NCBI GenBank assembly: GCA_002633005.1
Contig: NMRA01000109.1
Span: 164,858-228,857, forward strand
Reading direction: 5' to 3'
DNA from: Phoronis australis
Taxonomy: Eukaryota; Animalia; Phoronida
DNA: 64,000 nt
Part shown: positions 52,201 through 61,946 of the stretch, piece by piece
How the letters are laid out: every line of letters starts with the position of its first letter
How positions within the stretch are numbered: the stretch's first letter is position 1
The notes under the pieces: model-generated
Database searches by the model: none
Seen by the model: only the letters and a program-made list of their open reading frames with translations
What the model was told of the DNA's origin: nothing
Position numbers and translations under genes: made by a program

Positions 52201-55200
52201 GTATCGTAATTATAAGATCTTAAAATAATAAAAACAATTTAATTGTTAATGGTCTCCCTTGAGCAAATCAAGAATAACCTTTTGTCACTCACACTGCAAA
52301 TTTTGCATCATTATTAGTTTAATTAAAAAAACTATATTTTGTTGCATCTAAGTGCCTTCATTATTGTTACTGAAATAGATATCAGGTACTGCTTAAAATA
52401 AGTGCATTTTGGCGACACGACACAGTTACAAGGCATCTTGTGACAATAATGTTTAGTTTCGATCTGTTGAGGTATGGTTTTTAAGATTGCAAAGTGTATT
52501 TAGGGAAGTAAAAATGTTCCTCTTTTTTGTCACGGGTCATCCGAAGTTATAATACGAGATGAAGAACTACTACAATGATTCTGCAATAAACGGTTTCCCA
52601 TTACTGGTGGGGAAGAAATCCAAGACAAACATGTCCAAATACTTTCACTGAAACTTGCTGAGAGGCGTGTATTGTTTCAGTCCTGGATCAGTGGTGGCGG
52701 ATGCCGATATTCGTTCTTGGCCAAGACAAGATCAAACCCCACAGGACGCTTCCAATGCTGTCGCTGACTTACTAACAAGAGCGATATCTACCGAACAAGT
52801 AGGATCTCTGCAAGTGTCCAAAGATGAGTCGGTTGTGCAAAAACCTAAAAGTAACCGTTCACCTTATACTTTTTCCTGTAAAATGATACCGAAATAAACT
52901 GTTGGCTCTTGTGCAATTGGGTGTAAAAACGGCGGAATTGCAAAAAGTTTTAATGACAGCAAATTCCATAGCAAGTACCCAAACGGGAATTAATGGAAAC
53001 AACTCTAACGCATCCGCGGCGAAACCTAAGCGTTGGTATTCCAAGGCTAAGGTCCTATGGTATTAGTAGTATTATTGGAGCCAGCACGTTTTGGATATGG
53101 TGTCCCCCCACGTCCTTGTAAGCGGCTCATCTCCCCCAGGCAGCAAAATCCTTGTACTGAGATGTGTGAAAATTGACCTCACAACGTATGACATGAAATT
53201 CCGGAATGTTGATGATTATCATTGCAAAGGAAGCTATGTTTGACCAATTTGAAACATAGACGAACAAAGGTTTCCTTTAGTGGGGCTAAGGACACTCTTT
53301 ACCCCAGTATCACTTTTAGACCTACTTACGTAACATGGTCACACGTTTAGGAAATGTTTTTTTCCTCTGGTGGGGCATATATTATGAATTTCACTTTGTT
53401 GGGATTCCAGAAAGATGCACTCCCAAAACTTTGTTGGCGTTATCAAAGTGACGTAAAAAGCCCGTCCAAGGGTTGCAAAATACAAGAAGTTGTAAGGAGA
53501 AACATCTTCACCAGAGTATTAGTAGATAGAACATTGCGTGGGAAACTTGGGTCAAGGTTTCGTTCGTCTGTTTCCGATAGTGAAAATGAGACCCAAGATC
53601 GAGAATTACTCATTATGGCTCATTGGTAGTATCGCGAAGAGATACATTTTGGAAAACTGTGGCTCTGTGTTCACTAATACACTGCCTGAGGGGTTCTATA
53701 ATCCCATATTGAAGAAAAGTATTGGGGTTTCCAGCACCTGCTCCCGGGTAGCCCAAAATTCCGTCATCACGGAAACACTAAATTCTTGAAGAGGAACTTG
53801 CACGGTAATTCCTTATCTCAATGATTACTTGGTCACAACATATAGCGATATGAAGTAGGTTGAAAATTGCCAATTGTTTTTAAGAACGAGTTTGGTGTCG
53901 AAAACGATCCGCCGTAACTCATACAATTGTGTGCACTAAGCATTCCAACGTCGTGCATGATGGGGGTTATGTGAGCCCTCAGGGTACGTCATCAGTGCAA
54001 AATTCACCCTTTTGCTGATTTTTTTGTTTTCACATGTACAACTTGTCAGTGGATACATCTGCACTTTGTTTAGCGTAGATGGCATTCAAACAGAAGTGAG
54101 TTTTAATTCCTGCATAATTAAAGGCATGTAAATGCATTTTACAACAATATTTCAGACCGCAACTTGCTAATCGAGGTTTAATGATAGAAATGAATCCGAA
54201 TGTCAGCCTAAATCAAACTTGATGACTGAAGTTTCACCGATTTCATACAAGGGTGCGCTGAGTGACCATCTCCGACGTATCTTGCTGATAGACTATTAGT
54301 ACATGTAGATATAAAATTGGGAACGGAGTTTCATCGACATTACCGTCCTGGATTACACATAGTAAGAGTGCTAGGAGTAGACTGACACTGTTCTCAGTTT
54401 AATTGTTATATTCTATTGCACTTCATTGACATTACCCATGGAATCAGGATAGTGATGGTGTAATTCGTTTACAATAGTATGGTAGGGAATATTCTAGATT
54501 ATTCTAACTTGTTAGAGATTCTAAGTTCGTTGCCTTCCCGACATCAATCAAAGACAATAAAATGCGGGACGAGATGACAAAGAAAGTTTTCGGGTTAATT
54601 TCAACGGAATAAGAACCTCTTTCCTCAAGATACCTTTCCATACTGGTACTATTAATTCGTTGATATCGGAGCACCTCCACGTCCATACACCTCGACGGTT
54701 TCGGGTATCACCTGCGAAAATGTGCCCGGCATTCCAAAACCAGGTCAATGAAAACAACGCATTTTCATATCTGCGGGATGAAAACAGAATTCTGTCGCTG
54801 TATCATTAAGGAACGGCCCTATTGAATGAAATTAAATTTAGCGTTGCGTCTGTGATTATCAAGCGCCTGTCGTGAACATGAAGTCATTAGAATCTTTGTC
54901 TAAATCATTACTATTTCTCTATTTCAGGTGCAATGAAATCAAATGTTACAGGTAAGTTGAGTTCCTTAAGTTATGAAACTGGCACTAAATACCCGCTCAC
55001 CTTAAACACTTTAAGCTGGTTGTTTTGTACGATGAAGGAACAGTAAGTTACGTTTCTTCGCCATAACGTTCATAACCTGGCGATTATGTGAAGCCCTACT
55101 GAGTATACGTGAAATTAGAATGCCAAAGGCGTTTTATTTTTAAAATAGTCATGAACAGCTCGTGCAGTTGAATTCTTCATTTTTACACTACTAGTATGCA

Positions 55201-58200
55201 ACTTGAAGGTTTGTAAAGATTTAATCATAACGCATATATATGTTGAATATGTCTTTTGTCAGAAAGAAAAGTCTGGTAAAACGTCAATGAGTGCAAGTCA
55301 AAGAAGCTGGAAAATTCAATTGTTTTGAGAACATGGTCTCTCGCTAATGAGTTTGGGGTAGAATGAGCACGTTGGGATTAATGCACCCTTCTTGTTCTTT
55401 CCGCTGTATATCTATGTTTTTATGGCACTTTCCAATTTCGGTGGCAGTTTTCCAGAAATTCAGACGAGATTCAGCAATGTTGTATATGTTATTTTGTGTT
55501 TGTACGTTAAAAGACATCGGCAGAGTTAAATAGATCCCATTTCCAAGATTACTGTCATCGAAAACTTGGCAAATTTCAACACTTTAAGTGCTGGATATCA
55601 CCGTCTCTTTTGTTTAAAATAACACGGCTTTTAATCAACTGCTTTCTATTTTTAATGTACTGTGGGTCATTCTCCACCAGCAAGTACGTGTTCGACTACA
55701 TCACAATAAGCAAAAGAGGGCGATGTACAAACATATGAATTGTTATGAAGTTTTAAATTTCAATCACATGCATTCGCGGTTAAGAATTTTGTAACTGGTT
55801 AAGGTGGAATGCCTTGTCCTACGTTGCTCTAACTCAGTGTTCGGGGGAATGGTTAGTGGATTAAGCAAAGGCAATGCTTGCCTTTTAATGCAATTTGTCC
55901 TCTTTTCTGAAAACTTTTATGAGCCTGCGAAATTGCTATTAAATAGTTTTCAGGACGAAGATGAAGCCGTATGGCGGAAATACGGTCAGATGTGTGTCAT
56001 GGTGGAAGTACGTTCTTCTACCTCTCACATGAAGATTTTGGCGGTCGATCCACAACTTTTTTAAAATTATTAGAAGTAACAATAATTTCACATCTCTTAA
56101 TCGGTAAAATTGGCCAAACGGACAAAACTGTACTCCCATTCCAACAACGCATATGTAAATTTCAACTGTTTTCCTGTTCGAGACCTCCACACAGTAAATC
56201 AACTCATCCATAATGCGGAGTGTTTGGTATCTCCCGCTTATACCATCGTTATACAGTTGTTTTATTGAACCGTACTTTTTGCTTCGACTTGGTGGTTTTT
56301 TAACGCGAAGTCAGTTAACTCTTGCTCACTCGAAACACACGGTCTTGTTAACGAGCTTGTCCACTGGTCAGTGACTATGCTCTCAGCAAATTCAACCAAT
56401 CACTTACTGACATTAATAAAATCGATTAAAAATTATCCACCTGCCAAAAAGTGGAAAGGCTGTGGCTAAATTTAAATTATGTGATGTATTCGAAATAATC
56501 TGAAATCTTTTTCATACATTTTTACAAAAATAATAAAAATAGCAGTTCCTCAAATCAGAAGTCGTGGCGCAGTGAACAAGGCGGTTAACTGTGATTCTTG
56601 TAGTGACGTGGAGAGGGGGAGGCACAGACCTGGGGCCCGTGTCAGTCAGGAGAGCCCGTTGGCGAGTTAAAAAATAATAAGAGACCGATGCAATAAAAAC
56701 TTATTTCTTAAGGCTTGGACCACTCGGTTGCTGTTAGATCCCCCCAAATTTAGAATCTGAAGACACAAAAAGAATCTTTCTTTTCTATTTCATGACTCTA
56801 TCCAATTGCCTTGCTGTCAGTAATGGTACAAAGGTCGACACAAAATGTTTCTCCTTCGAAAATTCACTTCTAGAACTTAAATACCGTAATTTTCGGTCAC
56901 ATTTGAAATATTGAAAACCTGGTATTTTCAGCAGTTTTCTGTAACTGATTTTTTGCAGAATTGCATATTAATAATCAGGGATTTTAGGCTGAATATTGTG
57001 GATAATAAGCACTCCGCATTATAAATTTTAAGCACCAGTTCGCGTAATCATAGACAGTGGAGACAAGAGACTGTGATTTTGACATAGGAACTATGACAAT
57101 GGAAACGCTTAGGCAGTGCAAGCGGTGCGTCACGGCCTAGTCCATGCATTTCCTAAGAAAGGCCATTTCCAGCTTCCATACTGAATACTTCAAGTGACAA
57201 GTGGTGAACCATTTTCCACGAGACTTGATAGCTTGGAGGAAGAGTTGGTAATCAGTGTTTTGTTTTTGGTTTCCATGTCGACTGTTCAGTAAGCCTCCCA
57301 CAAATGCCCAATTTTCAATTGCCTGTTCACTAGGGTACGTATCAATCCCAGTGTAAATTATTACAGTACAAGACAACATACTGGAATATAAAAACAGCAC
57401 TAACTACAACATGTGTTCAGTCACATGGCGCTCTATGGAATAGCGGATCCTAGTTTGTCATTCAACCAAAGACCAAATGCTTGAGCAAAATATAAAGAAT
57501 GTAAAGAAGTTCTGCACATAATACTGGACACGACATTCTTTCTATAGCAGAAAGGTTTGACTTTTAGGGGCCATAACCTGATCCAAGGAATGTCGGTTTC
57601 TTGGGCCTTCTGGGTCTCATAACTTGTTATAATTTCACAGCTTGGTGATCATATAGAGATAGTCATACCTGATCCATAACACGAAAACCGAAGACTGCAC
57701 GTACACTGTTTGTGCCATGAAAGTCAAAACGAGTTAATGCAATGTTCCGCTGCAGTGAAAGCCGTTCTGAATGAGCGGGCCACCGATAACTATTACGGCA
57801 GAGTTTTTGGTGCTACGCCTGACGCTGCCCGTGTGGAACCAACTTTGTTCATTTTCATTACATGTATGTAATATTCAACAGTAAAGCAAACCAATAAGAA
57901 GTCAAAAAGAGAAGTCTAGAATTCAAAAATTCAACCAGAAACAAGTAAAGTTATACCTGCAAAGATCTTTGAGACGTTGTAGAAGCACAGTGTACCAGTT
58001 GAAGAGTGTCGTGGTCAGGATTATGGCAATGGCAGGAAAATGAGTGGTGTATGAAGTTTAGAATGCAGGAGTCCGAAGGTCCACTAGTCCAATGGTGCAG
58101 TTGTCCGAAGGTGCATTAGTCCAAAATATATAAGATTTAGGACTCGGGTGTATTTTTCATTTTTTCTACATGCAATAATACACAACGTCGGTTGTTAGTC

Positions 58201-61200
58201 GCAGTGGCGTAGGTACACCAGCTACCGATACGTGCACGTCGAAATCGGTCTTCCAAGCACGACTGGAGTGGTTGCTGCCCACAATTCCGAAAACAAGAGC
58301 GATTCAAGTGCAGCGCTACATTTGTTATAATGCATCGTTGAGTTTCGCACAACATCCACAAAAATGCATTTTTATCCTTCGTGGCTCCGTTCCGACGTAT
58401 TAGTGAGTTGACCTTTGAGCTAGTGCACCTTCGAAATAATGAGCTGGTCCCGAGTATAAAGCTAACTTAATGACAAGACGTCTTTTGACCACAATCTAGT
58501 CCTGTGCCTGCCATAACATTAACTTGCGCGGAGTTCATGGTGGCGACATTTGTCCAGTTTTAGAAGAGTTAGGGTATTTTTCAGCGTGTTCAGTCCCATC
58601 GAACAGGGCTGAAAAACTCAAAAGAATCACGTGGGCATTACTCCTACTCCAGACTAGACACAGGTTGGTCAGAGAGAGTGGACTATATGTGCTCAAACAC
58701 CACCTAAACTTGTTTGGGCGTGTAGTCTTTGTTCAACAACGTCTTGTAAGCTAGGGATGCCACCTACAATTTCACCATAGACAAATAAATAAACACAATC
58801 TTTGAGGACCTCAGTGACTTGTAAGACAACTGGGGACTTACTGTTATCAAATTACAGGCTTATTAATGTGAGAAAAAGAAGGAACATATTTTTCCGACGC
58901 ATCTAGGGAGGACTTGCCTGAGGAAAATGCAACGGATGTTTTTTGTTGCACTTTGGCCTCTTCACTTTGCGAATTTAACCACCCATTATCTGCTATTCAT
59001 GCAATGATAGTAGACGTTTGGTGTGTTGTGGACTTGTCCAAGCCTAGATTTACAAAATTTGAGGTAATATTGTTCAAAGAATGTACTGCATTTAATTAGT
59101 TGCTGTGCTTCAGGAATTTGTACGACGTAAACTATTATTTGACGGCGTTGCAAGGAACCAACCTGGGAGAAACATTGTTGGTTGTCTCCGCTTAACCTGT
59201 TTAGCAGGATATACGAGATAAAAGCTTTTCTTTTTGTTGCCTGCCGAGTTTCACATAGGGTTTCTGCAAGTTTAGGTTGAAGCATGTTCTCCTTCCCAGC
59301 ATGTGCCGAAATCGACTAAAATGTATGGGAACTGCTGAAGCCGCCCTTGCATGTACGTGGCTCTTTATCTCAGTCGTTGGGTTTTTGGTGCTTTGACAGC
59401 CTGCAATGCTCCACTTAATGTGTGGTACAGGTGTGCAGAAAACCTGAACAGTGAATTGACGTTCTACAAAAGTAAAGAATCAAAAACAAAAATACTTGTA
59501 TATTTTTAATTATTGAGGACAAATAAAACAACAAGAATAAAATATATTTCAAGTTGTATTGGAAATTTCAGGGGCACAGCTCAACAAAGAAATATTTCCA
59601 AGAAGGAACCAGATGGGTTCCTTAATTACAAGAAATAACACACACATTTACGAGTCCCAATGTGTGATTGAGTATCGGATGCTAAGTGGCACAGGTTAGC
59701 ATGGTACCAAATGTGTACATAATATCAAATGGGTATTAGCTGATTGCCTACCAAGTGGGTCGAGAAAAACGTCAAATTCAATAACAAGTACCAAATGGGT
59801 ACAAACTGCCAAATTGGCAAATGTCATATAAAGTACCGAGTGGGTACACCAAACAGTCAACTCGGCTACAAAAACCTGCCAATCAGGTTTCGGAAAAGCT
59901 GAGTGAGCAGAACAGCCGGAGTACATTGTAAGGAACGTGGTGTTGTGGCTTAGTATGTGCCACATGGGCAGGGCTGTTCATGGATGAACAATCCTGTCCA
60001 CCGCCACAACCCGGAGAGGGCCCGTGACCCTGGTACGAGAGTGCCCGGGGATGTGGGAAAAAGGTAGTCGCAACAAATGGATCGATGCCTTTCTCAAATG
60101 TGCCTCCGTAAATTGAAGCTCAACCCCCCCTCAGGAGAGCGGGCACGATGTTCGACTTGGTGCGCAGAACACTGTGACTGGTTGGATACCTCACGATGAG
60201 CAGTACCGCTCCCGCAAAGTCACAGCCTGGTCGGCGATAGAGCTGGCTGTGGTTGATGTACCTGGGAGGCCCCTCTACTGACACCATACCGCACCCACCT
60301 ACCAGACACTGCTATGCCTTAACTGCAAAGGAAATTGCACTACAGGGCAGCGCAATCCTTTTTATTTGGTGCTGCGTTTAAGGTGAAAACTGACAGTTCA
60401 TGTGGCACAATATTCAAAAACAAAGTTAACCCTTTAGTCTAAAGAACAAAGGCGGTAGCATTGCGTGTGGTTCATTTGAGTCGCATAGGCTGGTTTGGAG
60501 ATACCATTTGGCAAATTTTCGAATGTTTCATCCTCATAACCATAAAGTAAGACTTCAACATTAACCTGTAGGTAAATGTATATATCGAAATTCAGTACAG
60601 CATGAACAGCGGAACCATTGACGGGCAGGCAAACATGGATTTAAGTATACCGCGTAAGAATCAAAGTGGTGTGGCATGAGATTTTCAGTCACAATAGAAA
60701 CACACAAGGTTGTTAGTTTTAAAATGTTTTATTGAAAGTAAAACGTTTTTACAAACATAACAAACCTCTGGAGCAAAAGGGAGGTTTATAATTAACATAG
60801 TCACAGCAACACTTTCCAAATCACTGTGAAAACGACTATATTTAGTTGTAAGTCTGCAAGAACATCTAAAATGGGTGTGTGGCGGGTCAAGGGACCTGGT
60901 GTCGTGTAGCCTCGAAGCCCGCAAGGTGTAATGAAACTACTTCAAATTCAGTCCTGCTGTACTTGCTTTGTCGGACTTAGTCACAGCGTCACGTTAATAT
61001 CGTTTTATAAAAATTGACTCAAGTAACGTATTATGTCAGACTTCCTAAAAACTCTTTGTTGTGGATAATTTACCAATATGAAAACTTTTTTATGATTTCC
61101 AGGTGTCTAAAAACTAACAATTCGTTATTTTTTCAGATCCAGGTCACATAATTGCAGTTTTTGACGTCGTGACCTGAAATTTTGTTACCTTGGTTTGACG

Positions 61201-61689
61201 AAATGTCAAAAATATCAAACTGATGCTTCCCAAGTTCAGAGGTCACTTCTTTATTGAATCGGAAAGAGACAAGACCACGTTTGTAATGGTGATTTGCCTA
61301 AATTGAAATGGCTGTTTTGACGAGAAACATGGATTAAGTGCTGATTTAACTGAATAAGAAAGCCTGACAAAATCTATTTGACTGGGAGCTTAGAGAGAAA
61401 CGTGTTTCACACAAACAGTGAAATGTAAACGACGACCATATTGTTGCATCCCAGGAAATCGCTATCATTAATCTTAGTTATGCTGTAGGTTTTTGCTTGG
61501 ATAATAATGCGACAATGAATTTTAACATGCTTCCATTATGCTGCATTTATATTTTCAGTGTTCATAGTAATTGGAGCATGTGGGGGGTTCGTCCTTATCG
61601 TGATATTCATCTTCGCACTTTCGCGCAAGCAAACCAACGATGACGACAGCGATAGCGGTGTGACATCCGAACAGTCGGAAAGTCAGTAG
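4263..61689 (+). CDS. Multi-exon gene (5' partial): SEA-domain type I transmembrane mucin/proteoglycan-like protein with microexon-encoded N-terminal repeats
   Basis: Exons 4263-4286, 4580-4603, 5774-5797, 9204-9227, 10512-10535, 13334-13348, 15693-15707, 23208-23231, 33813-33824, 34730-34882, 45876-46047, 52681-52850, 54928-54951, 61559-61689, all AG/GT bounded with compatible phases, join into one 836-nt open frame ending TM + stop. Confidence 0.8.
4580..4603 (+). CDS. Microexon, 24 nt, phase 1-1 (DTQTITAK)
   Basis: gatttacag|ATACACAAACAATTACTGCCAAGG|gtcagt. Confidence 0.65.
5774..5797 (+). CDS. Microexon, 24 nt, phase 1-1 (GTQKGTPK)
   Basis: tatttacag|GTACTCAAAAAGGTACTCCAAAGG|gtgagt. Confidence 0.75.
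6259..8303 (-). mobile_element. Decayed, internally deleted Gypsy-type LTR retrotransposon with ~116-bp LTRs
   Basis: Diverged direct repeats 6259-6374 and 8187-8303 (TG...CA); PBS-like TGGTGTTAGGAATTAGG on the minus strand next to the right LTR; integrase remnant SDNGPQFNS (ORF 7167-7364). Confidence 0.75.
6840..6974. mobile_element. Small MITE nested in the Gypsy relic
   Basis: Inverted repeats TTCAGTAACGCTAGGACCT ... AGGTCCTAGCGTTATTGAA. Confidence 0.6.
9204..9227 (+). CDS. Microexon, 24 nt, phase 1-1 (GTQRGTTK)
   Basis: gatttacag|GTACTCAAAGAGGTACTACCAAGG|gtgagt. Confidence 0.75.
10512..10535 (+). CDS. Microexon, 24 nt, phase 1-1 (GTQIDPAT)
   Basis: gatttacag|GTACTCAAATAGATCCTGCCACGG|gtgagt. 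Confidence 0.75.
11293..12097. mobile_element. MITE family A copy 1 (C-rich left end, G-rich right end; Mutator-like)
   Basis: Left subterminal CGACCC-type repeats, right GGGTCG-type repeats; ends resemble the GGATTGTTCTAGAACCCC terminus of the other copies. Confidence 0.65.
12098..13000 (+). pseudogene. Decayed CR1/L2-type LINE RT fragments (second copy about 14456-15355)
   Basis: FPSIWKRARVIHLFKKG, ISILPSLSK, LDFRKA and LRWLP remnants with frameshifts. Confidence 0.65.
13083..13106 (+). pseudogene. Dead 24-nt microexon copy (acceptor AG>AA, in-frame TGA)
   Basis: gatttacaa|GCACTCGCACAGGTGCTACCTGAG|gtgtgt aligns with the live exons; reads GTRTGAT*. Confidence 0.7.
13334..13348 (+). CDS. 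Microexon, 15 nt, phase 1-1 (GGTPK)
   Basis: tattcag|GTGGAACTCCCAAAG|gttggt within the cassette. Confidence 0.6.
13706..14455. mobile_element. MITE family A chimeric copy at the duplication junction
   Basis: Left half matches copy 16056-16467, right half matches copy 11757-12097. Confidence 0.75.
15440..15463 (+). pseudogene. Duplicate of the dead 24-nt microexon
   Basis: Identical to 13083-13106. Confidence 0.7.
15693..15707 (+). CDS. Microexon, 15 nt, phase 1-1 (GGTPK), duplicate
   Basis: gattttcag|GTGGAACTCCCAAAG|gttggt. Confidence 0.6.
16056..16817. mobile_element. MITE family A copy 3
   Basis: TIR GGATTGTTCTAGAACCCC ... GGGGATTTTAGAACAATCT; imperfect 9-bp flanks CAAATTTTA / CAAATTAAA. 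Confidence 0.7.
17885..22430 (-). mobile_element. Full-length but decayed RTEX-like LINE
   Basis: ORF1 21365-22084; ORF2 broken into pieces (QAAFRKG, VDFKAAYD, GLKQGSQLSP, LFADDL, LPILPYCCEIWG) with a C-terminal Cys/His remnant near 18130-18200. Confidence 0.9.
21365..22084 (-). CDS. LINE ORF1 protein (L1-type RRM), element otherwise decayed
   Basis: 239 aa; DLENRSRRDNLIFHG, IERVHKLG, RPIIANL, LTEDFS; homologous to 2836-3591. Confidence 0.8.
   Translation of the reverse strand: MPRSETSPKSTRQLFEKINDKFEKLSNDFESLRREYAKSREENSIFRDQVKSLEEKVHDLENRSRRDNLIFHGNVENGNETWEESGNQLEEFLKEQLNIEDINIERVHKLGRRTQGKVRPIIANLNSKDNQQIMIKRREVRDPKIFLTEDFSIRVIKARRKLYEFSQSKRMENAKISFNKLIHNGKVFLYDEQNDMVKIKHRTTNADPRHPLTRTEAAVQHEDQVFHMASSSEAQSDQH
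23208..23231 (+). CDS. Microexon, 24 nt, phase 1-1 (VDQKGSSA)
   Basis: tatttacag|TTGATCAAAAGGGATCTTCCGCGG|gtgagt with cassette flanks; closest to the 4263 exon. Confidence 0.75.
23665..29500 (+). mobile_element. Decayed Gypsy LTR retrotransposon
   Basis: Diverged direct repeats about 23665-24500 and 28620-29500; purine-rich stretch before TG at 28620; integrase remnants GFQNILMVTDH, HSDQGAKFE, LEPGDPVLV..FDGKHKTDDRW; protease-like PILIG near 25030. Confidence 0.8.
26854..27711 (+). mobile_element. Possible solo-LTR-like insertion interrupting the Gypsy integrase
   Basis: Begins TG, ends CA, AATAAA near 27640; integrase similarity stops and resumes around it; no TSD found. Confidence 0.35.
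31866..32943 (+). mobile_element. Non-autonomous Kolobok-like element with THAP-domain remnant
   Basis: KRCVFGGCSNT..LFKVPK...W in ORF 32051; right end CATGGTGGGAGCTCT|TTAA; homologous over its length to 61947-62859. Confidence 0.7.
32943..33056. repeat. Short palindromic MITE
   Basis: TTTAAATGTGGCGCCACCTAGTTTGTTG ... CAACAAACTAGTTGGCGTCAAATTTAAA. Confidence 0.65.
33813..33824 (+). CDS. Microexon, 12 nt, phase 1-1 (GTDK)
   Basis: ttatacag|GTACTGACAAGG|gtaaat; same GTACT...AAGG ends as the 24-nt exons, but without the cassette flanks. Confidence 0.5.
34730..34882 (+). CDS. Acidic Gly/Asp/Ser/Thr-rich exon, 153 nt, phase 1-1
   Basis: ttcaag|GTGACAG...GAAGATG|gtgaga; GDSSSGEGTKDIGDGTSSNPGDQGVGGGNYTTDGGDYTTDGGEDIEGSEED; GC-rich against AT-rich flanks. 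Confidence 0.8.
34949..37239. mobile_element. MITE family A-related element with nested insertions
   Basis: GGATTGTGATCAAACCC ... GGGGTTTCAAAACCATCC; flanks ATTTATCCA / ATTCCTCCA (7/9 match). Confidence 0.65.
35350..35690 (+). repeat. Dispersed repeat with internal (T)ACCAAATGGGTA subrepeats; second copy about 59605-59950
   Basis: Both start GGAACCAGATGG.TTCCTTAATTACAAGA and end AACGTGGTGTTGTGGCT. Confidence 0.8.
37728..37850. mobile_element. hAT-like MITE (related copy about 50654-50949)
   Basis: CAGGGGCGAATCCAGGA ... TCTAAATTTGCCACTCTG ends with G/C runs. Confidence 0.5.
40612..41907. mobile_element. Foldback Kolobok-like element with ~330-bp inverted arms, each carrying a THAP start
   Basis: TTAA|AGGCGAAGGCAACC ... 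GGTTGCCTTCGCCT|TTAA; ORFs MPHCCCAPGCTHYRLT (+, 40876) and MPRCCCLPRCTHYRLT (-, 41644). Confidence 0.85.
40876..41190 (+). pseudogene. THAP zinc-finger ORF of transposon origin, likely degenerate
   Basis: C-x4-C, LHRFPK, W, KHF, RLKKGSIPSL; the third Cys expected before KHF is missing. Confidence 0.7.
42292..43374. mobile_element. MITE with tandem AAACCAGGT/ACCTGGT subterminal repeats (Harbinger-like), nested insertion in the middle
   Basis: GACGATTTCATAAAAGTGGTTTAA ... TTAAACCACCTTTACGAAATCGGC. Confidence 0.65.
43381..44129. mobile_element. Foldback MITE with ~270-bp inverted arms
   Basis: GTAACTACTTTCT...AAGGTTTAGCAACTATTATA...CCACTGGTAAC mirrored by GTTACCAGTGG...TATAATAGTTGCTAAACCTT...AGAAAGTAGTTAC. 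Confidence 0.85.
45876..46047 (+). CDS. SEA domain exon 1 (phase 1-2)
   Basis: ggtttag|TGGAGCC...CTAAG|gtagtg; VEPVKTTLAIKDIDWDDDMLNPMSIVYQETAERIEENIAKIMESANVESFEITVNKL matches the SEA pattern W..dL.np.S..y. Confidence 0.85.
46600..48560 (+). pseudogene. Decayed CR1-like LINE 3' fragment split by a MITE
   Basis: KSFILPHIDYCDITY..HYQAALLIIGACRG before and KVLNSLKWPNLSTRRNLH after the 47068-48021 insertion. Confidence 0.7.
47068..48021. mobile_element. TIR DNA element inserted in the CR1 relic
   Basis: CCGTATTCACGCAGTCGTC ... GGCAACTGCATGAATAAGG inverted ends. Confidence 0.6.
52681..52850 (+). CDS. SEA domain exon 2 (phase 2-1) with GSVV motif
   Basis: gtttcag|TCCTGGATCAGTGGTG...CCTAAAA|gtaacc; (S)PGSVVADADI...QVGSLQVSKDESVVQKPK; phase matches the previous exon. 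Confidence 0.85.
54928..54951 (+). CDS. Juxtamembrane 24-nt exon, phase 1-1 (SAMKSNVT)
   Basis: tttctctatttcag|GTGCAATGAAATCAAATGTTACAG|gtaagt, consensus splice sites. Confidence 0.75.
57760..58055 (+). pseudogene. hAT transposase relic
   Basis: TPDAARVE and CRGQDYGNGRKMSG resemble the hAT motifs TPDxSHxEQ and CRGQxYDNAxNMSG. Confidence 0.6.
58062..58450. mobile_element. MITE with GTCCGAAGGT subterminal repeats
   Basis: Tandem GTCCGAAGGT(C/G)CA.TAGTCC on the left, inverted TAGTGCACCTTCG on the right. Confidence 0.5.
61559..61689 (+). CDS. Terminal coding exon: transmembrane helix + short acidic cytoplasmic tail
   Basis: attttcag|TGTTCATAG...; VFIVIGACGGFVLIVIFIFALS-RK-QTNDDDSDSGVTSEQSESQ*. 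Confidence 0.85.
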
Positions 61690-61824
61690 CCAGAGTTTTG
61701 CAGAATTTCAAGTACAATAGGTTAAACCCCGAGCGTGGAAGCTAGCAAGTCTATGGACATCAGTAAAGTATTTGATTCACAGCCTACACATTTTATTATC
61801 ACTTTTATTAAGTATATAAAGTAA

Positions 61825-61830
61825 AATAAA
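61825..61830 (+). promoter_or_regulatory. Candidate polyadenylation signal
   Basis: AATAAA 135 nt after the stop codon; AT-rich context lowers specificity. Confidence 0.45.
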
Positions 61831-61946
61831 GTATGTGAACCTGCAGAAATGGTTGTTCAAACTTTTTCATCAAGCATTTAAATGGTGCGAATTTGCATTT
61901 GACGAGCTCAAAAACATTACATGACATGCAGCTGTTTGTCCCTTAA

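Noticed and set aside
45857-52897. ORF-track starts and ends for ORFs 45857-46051 and 52655-52897
   Set aside because: They are internal exons; the extensions beyond the AG/GT boundaries are intronic.
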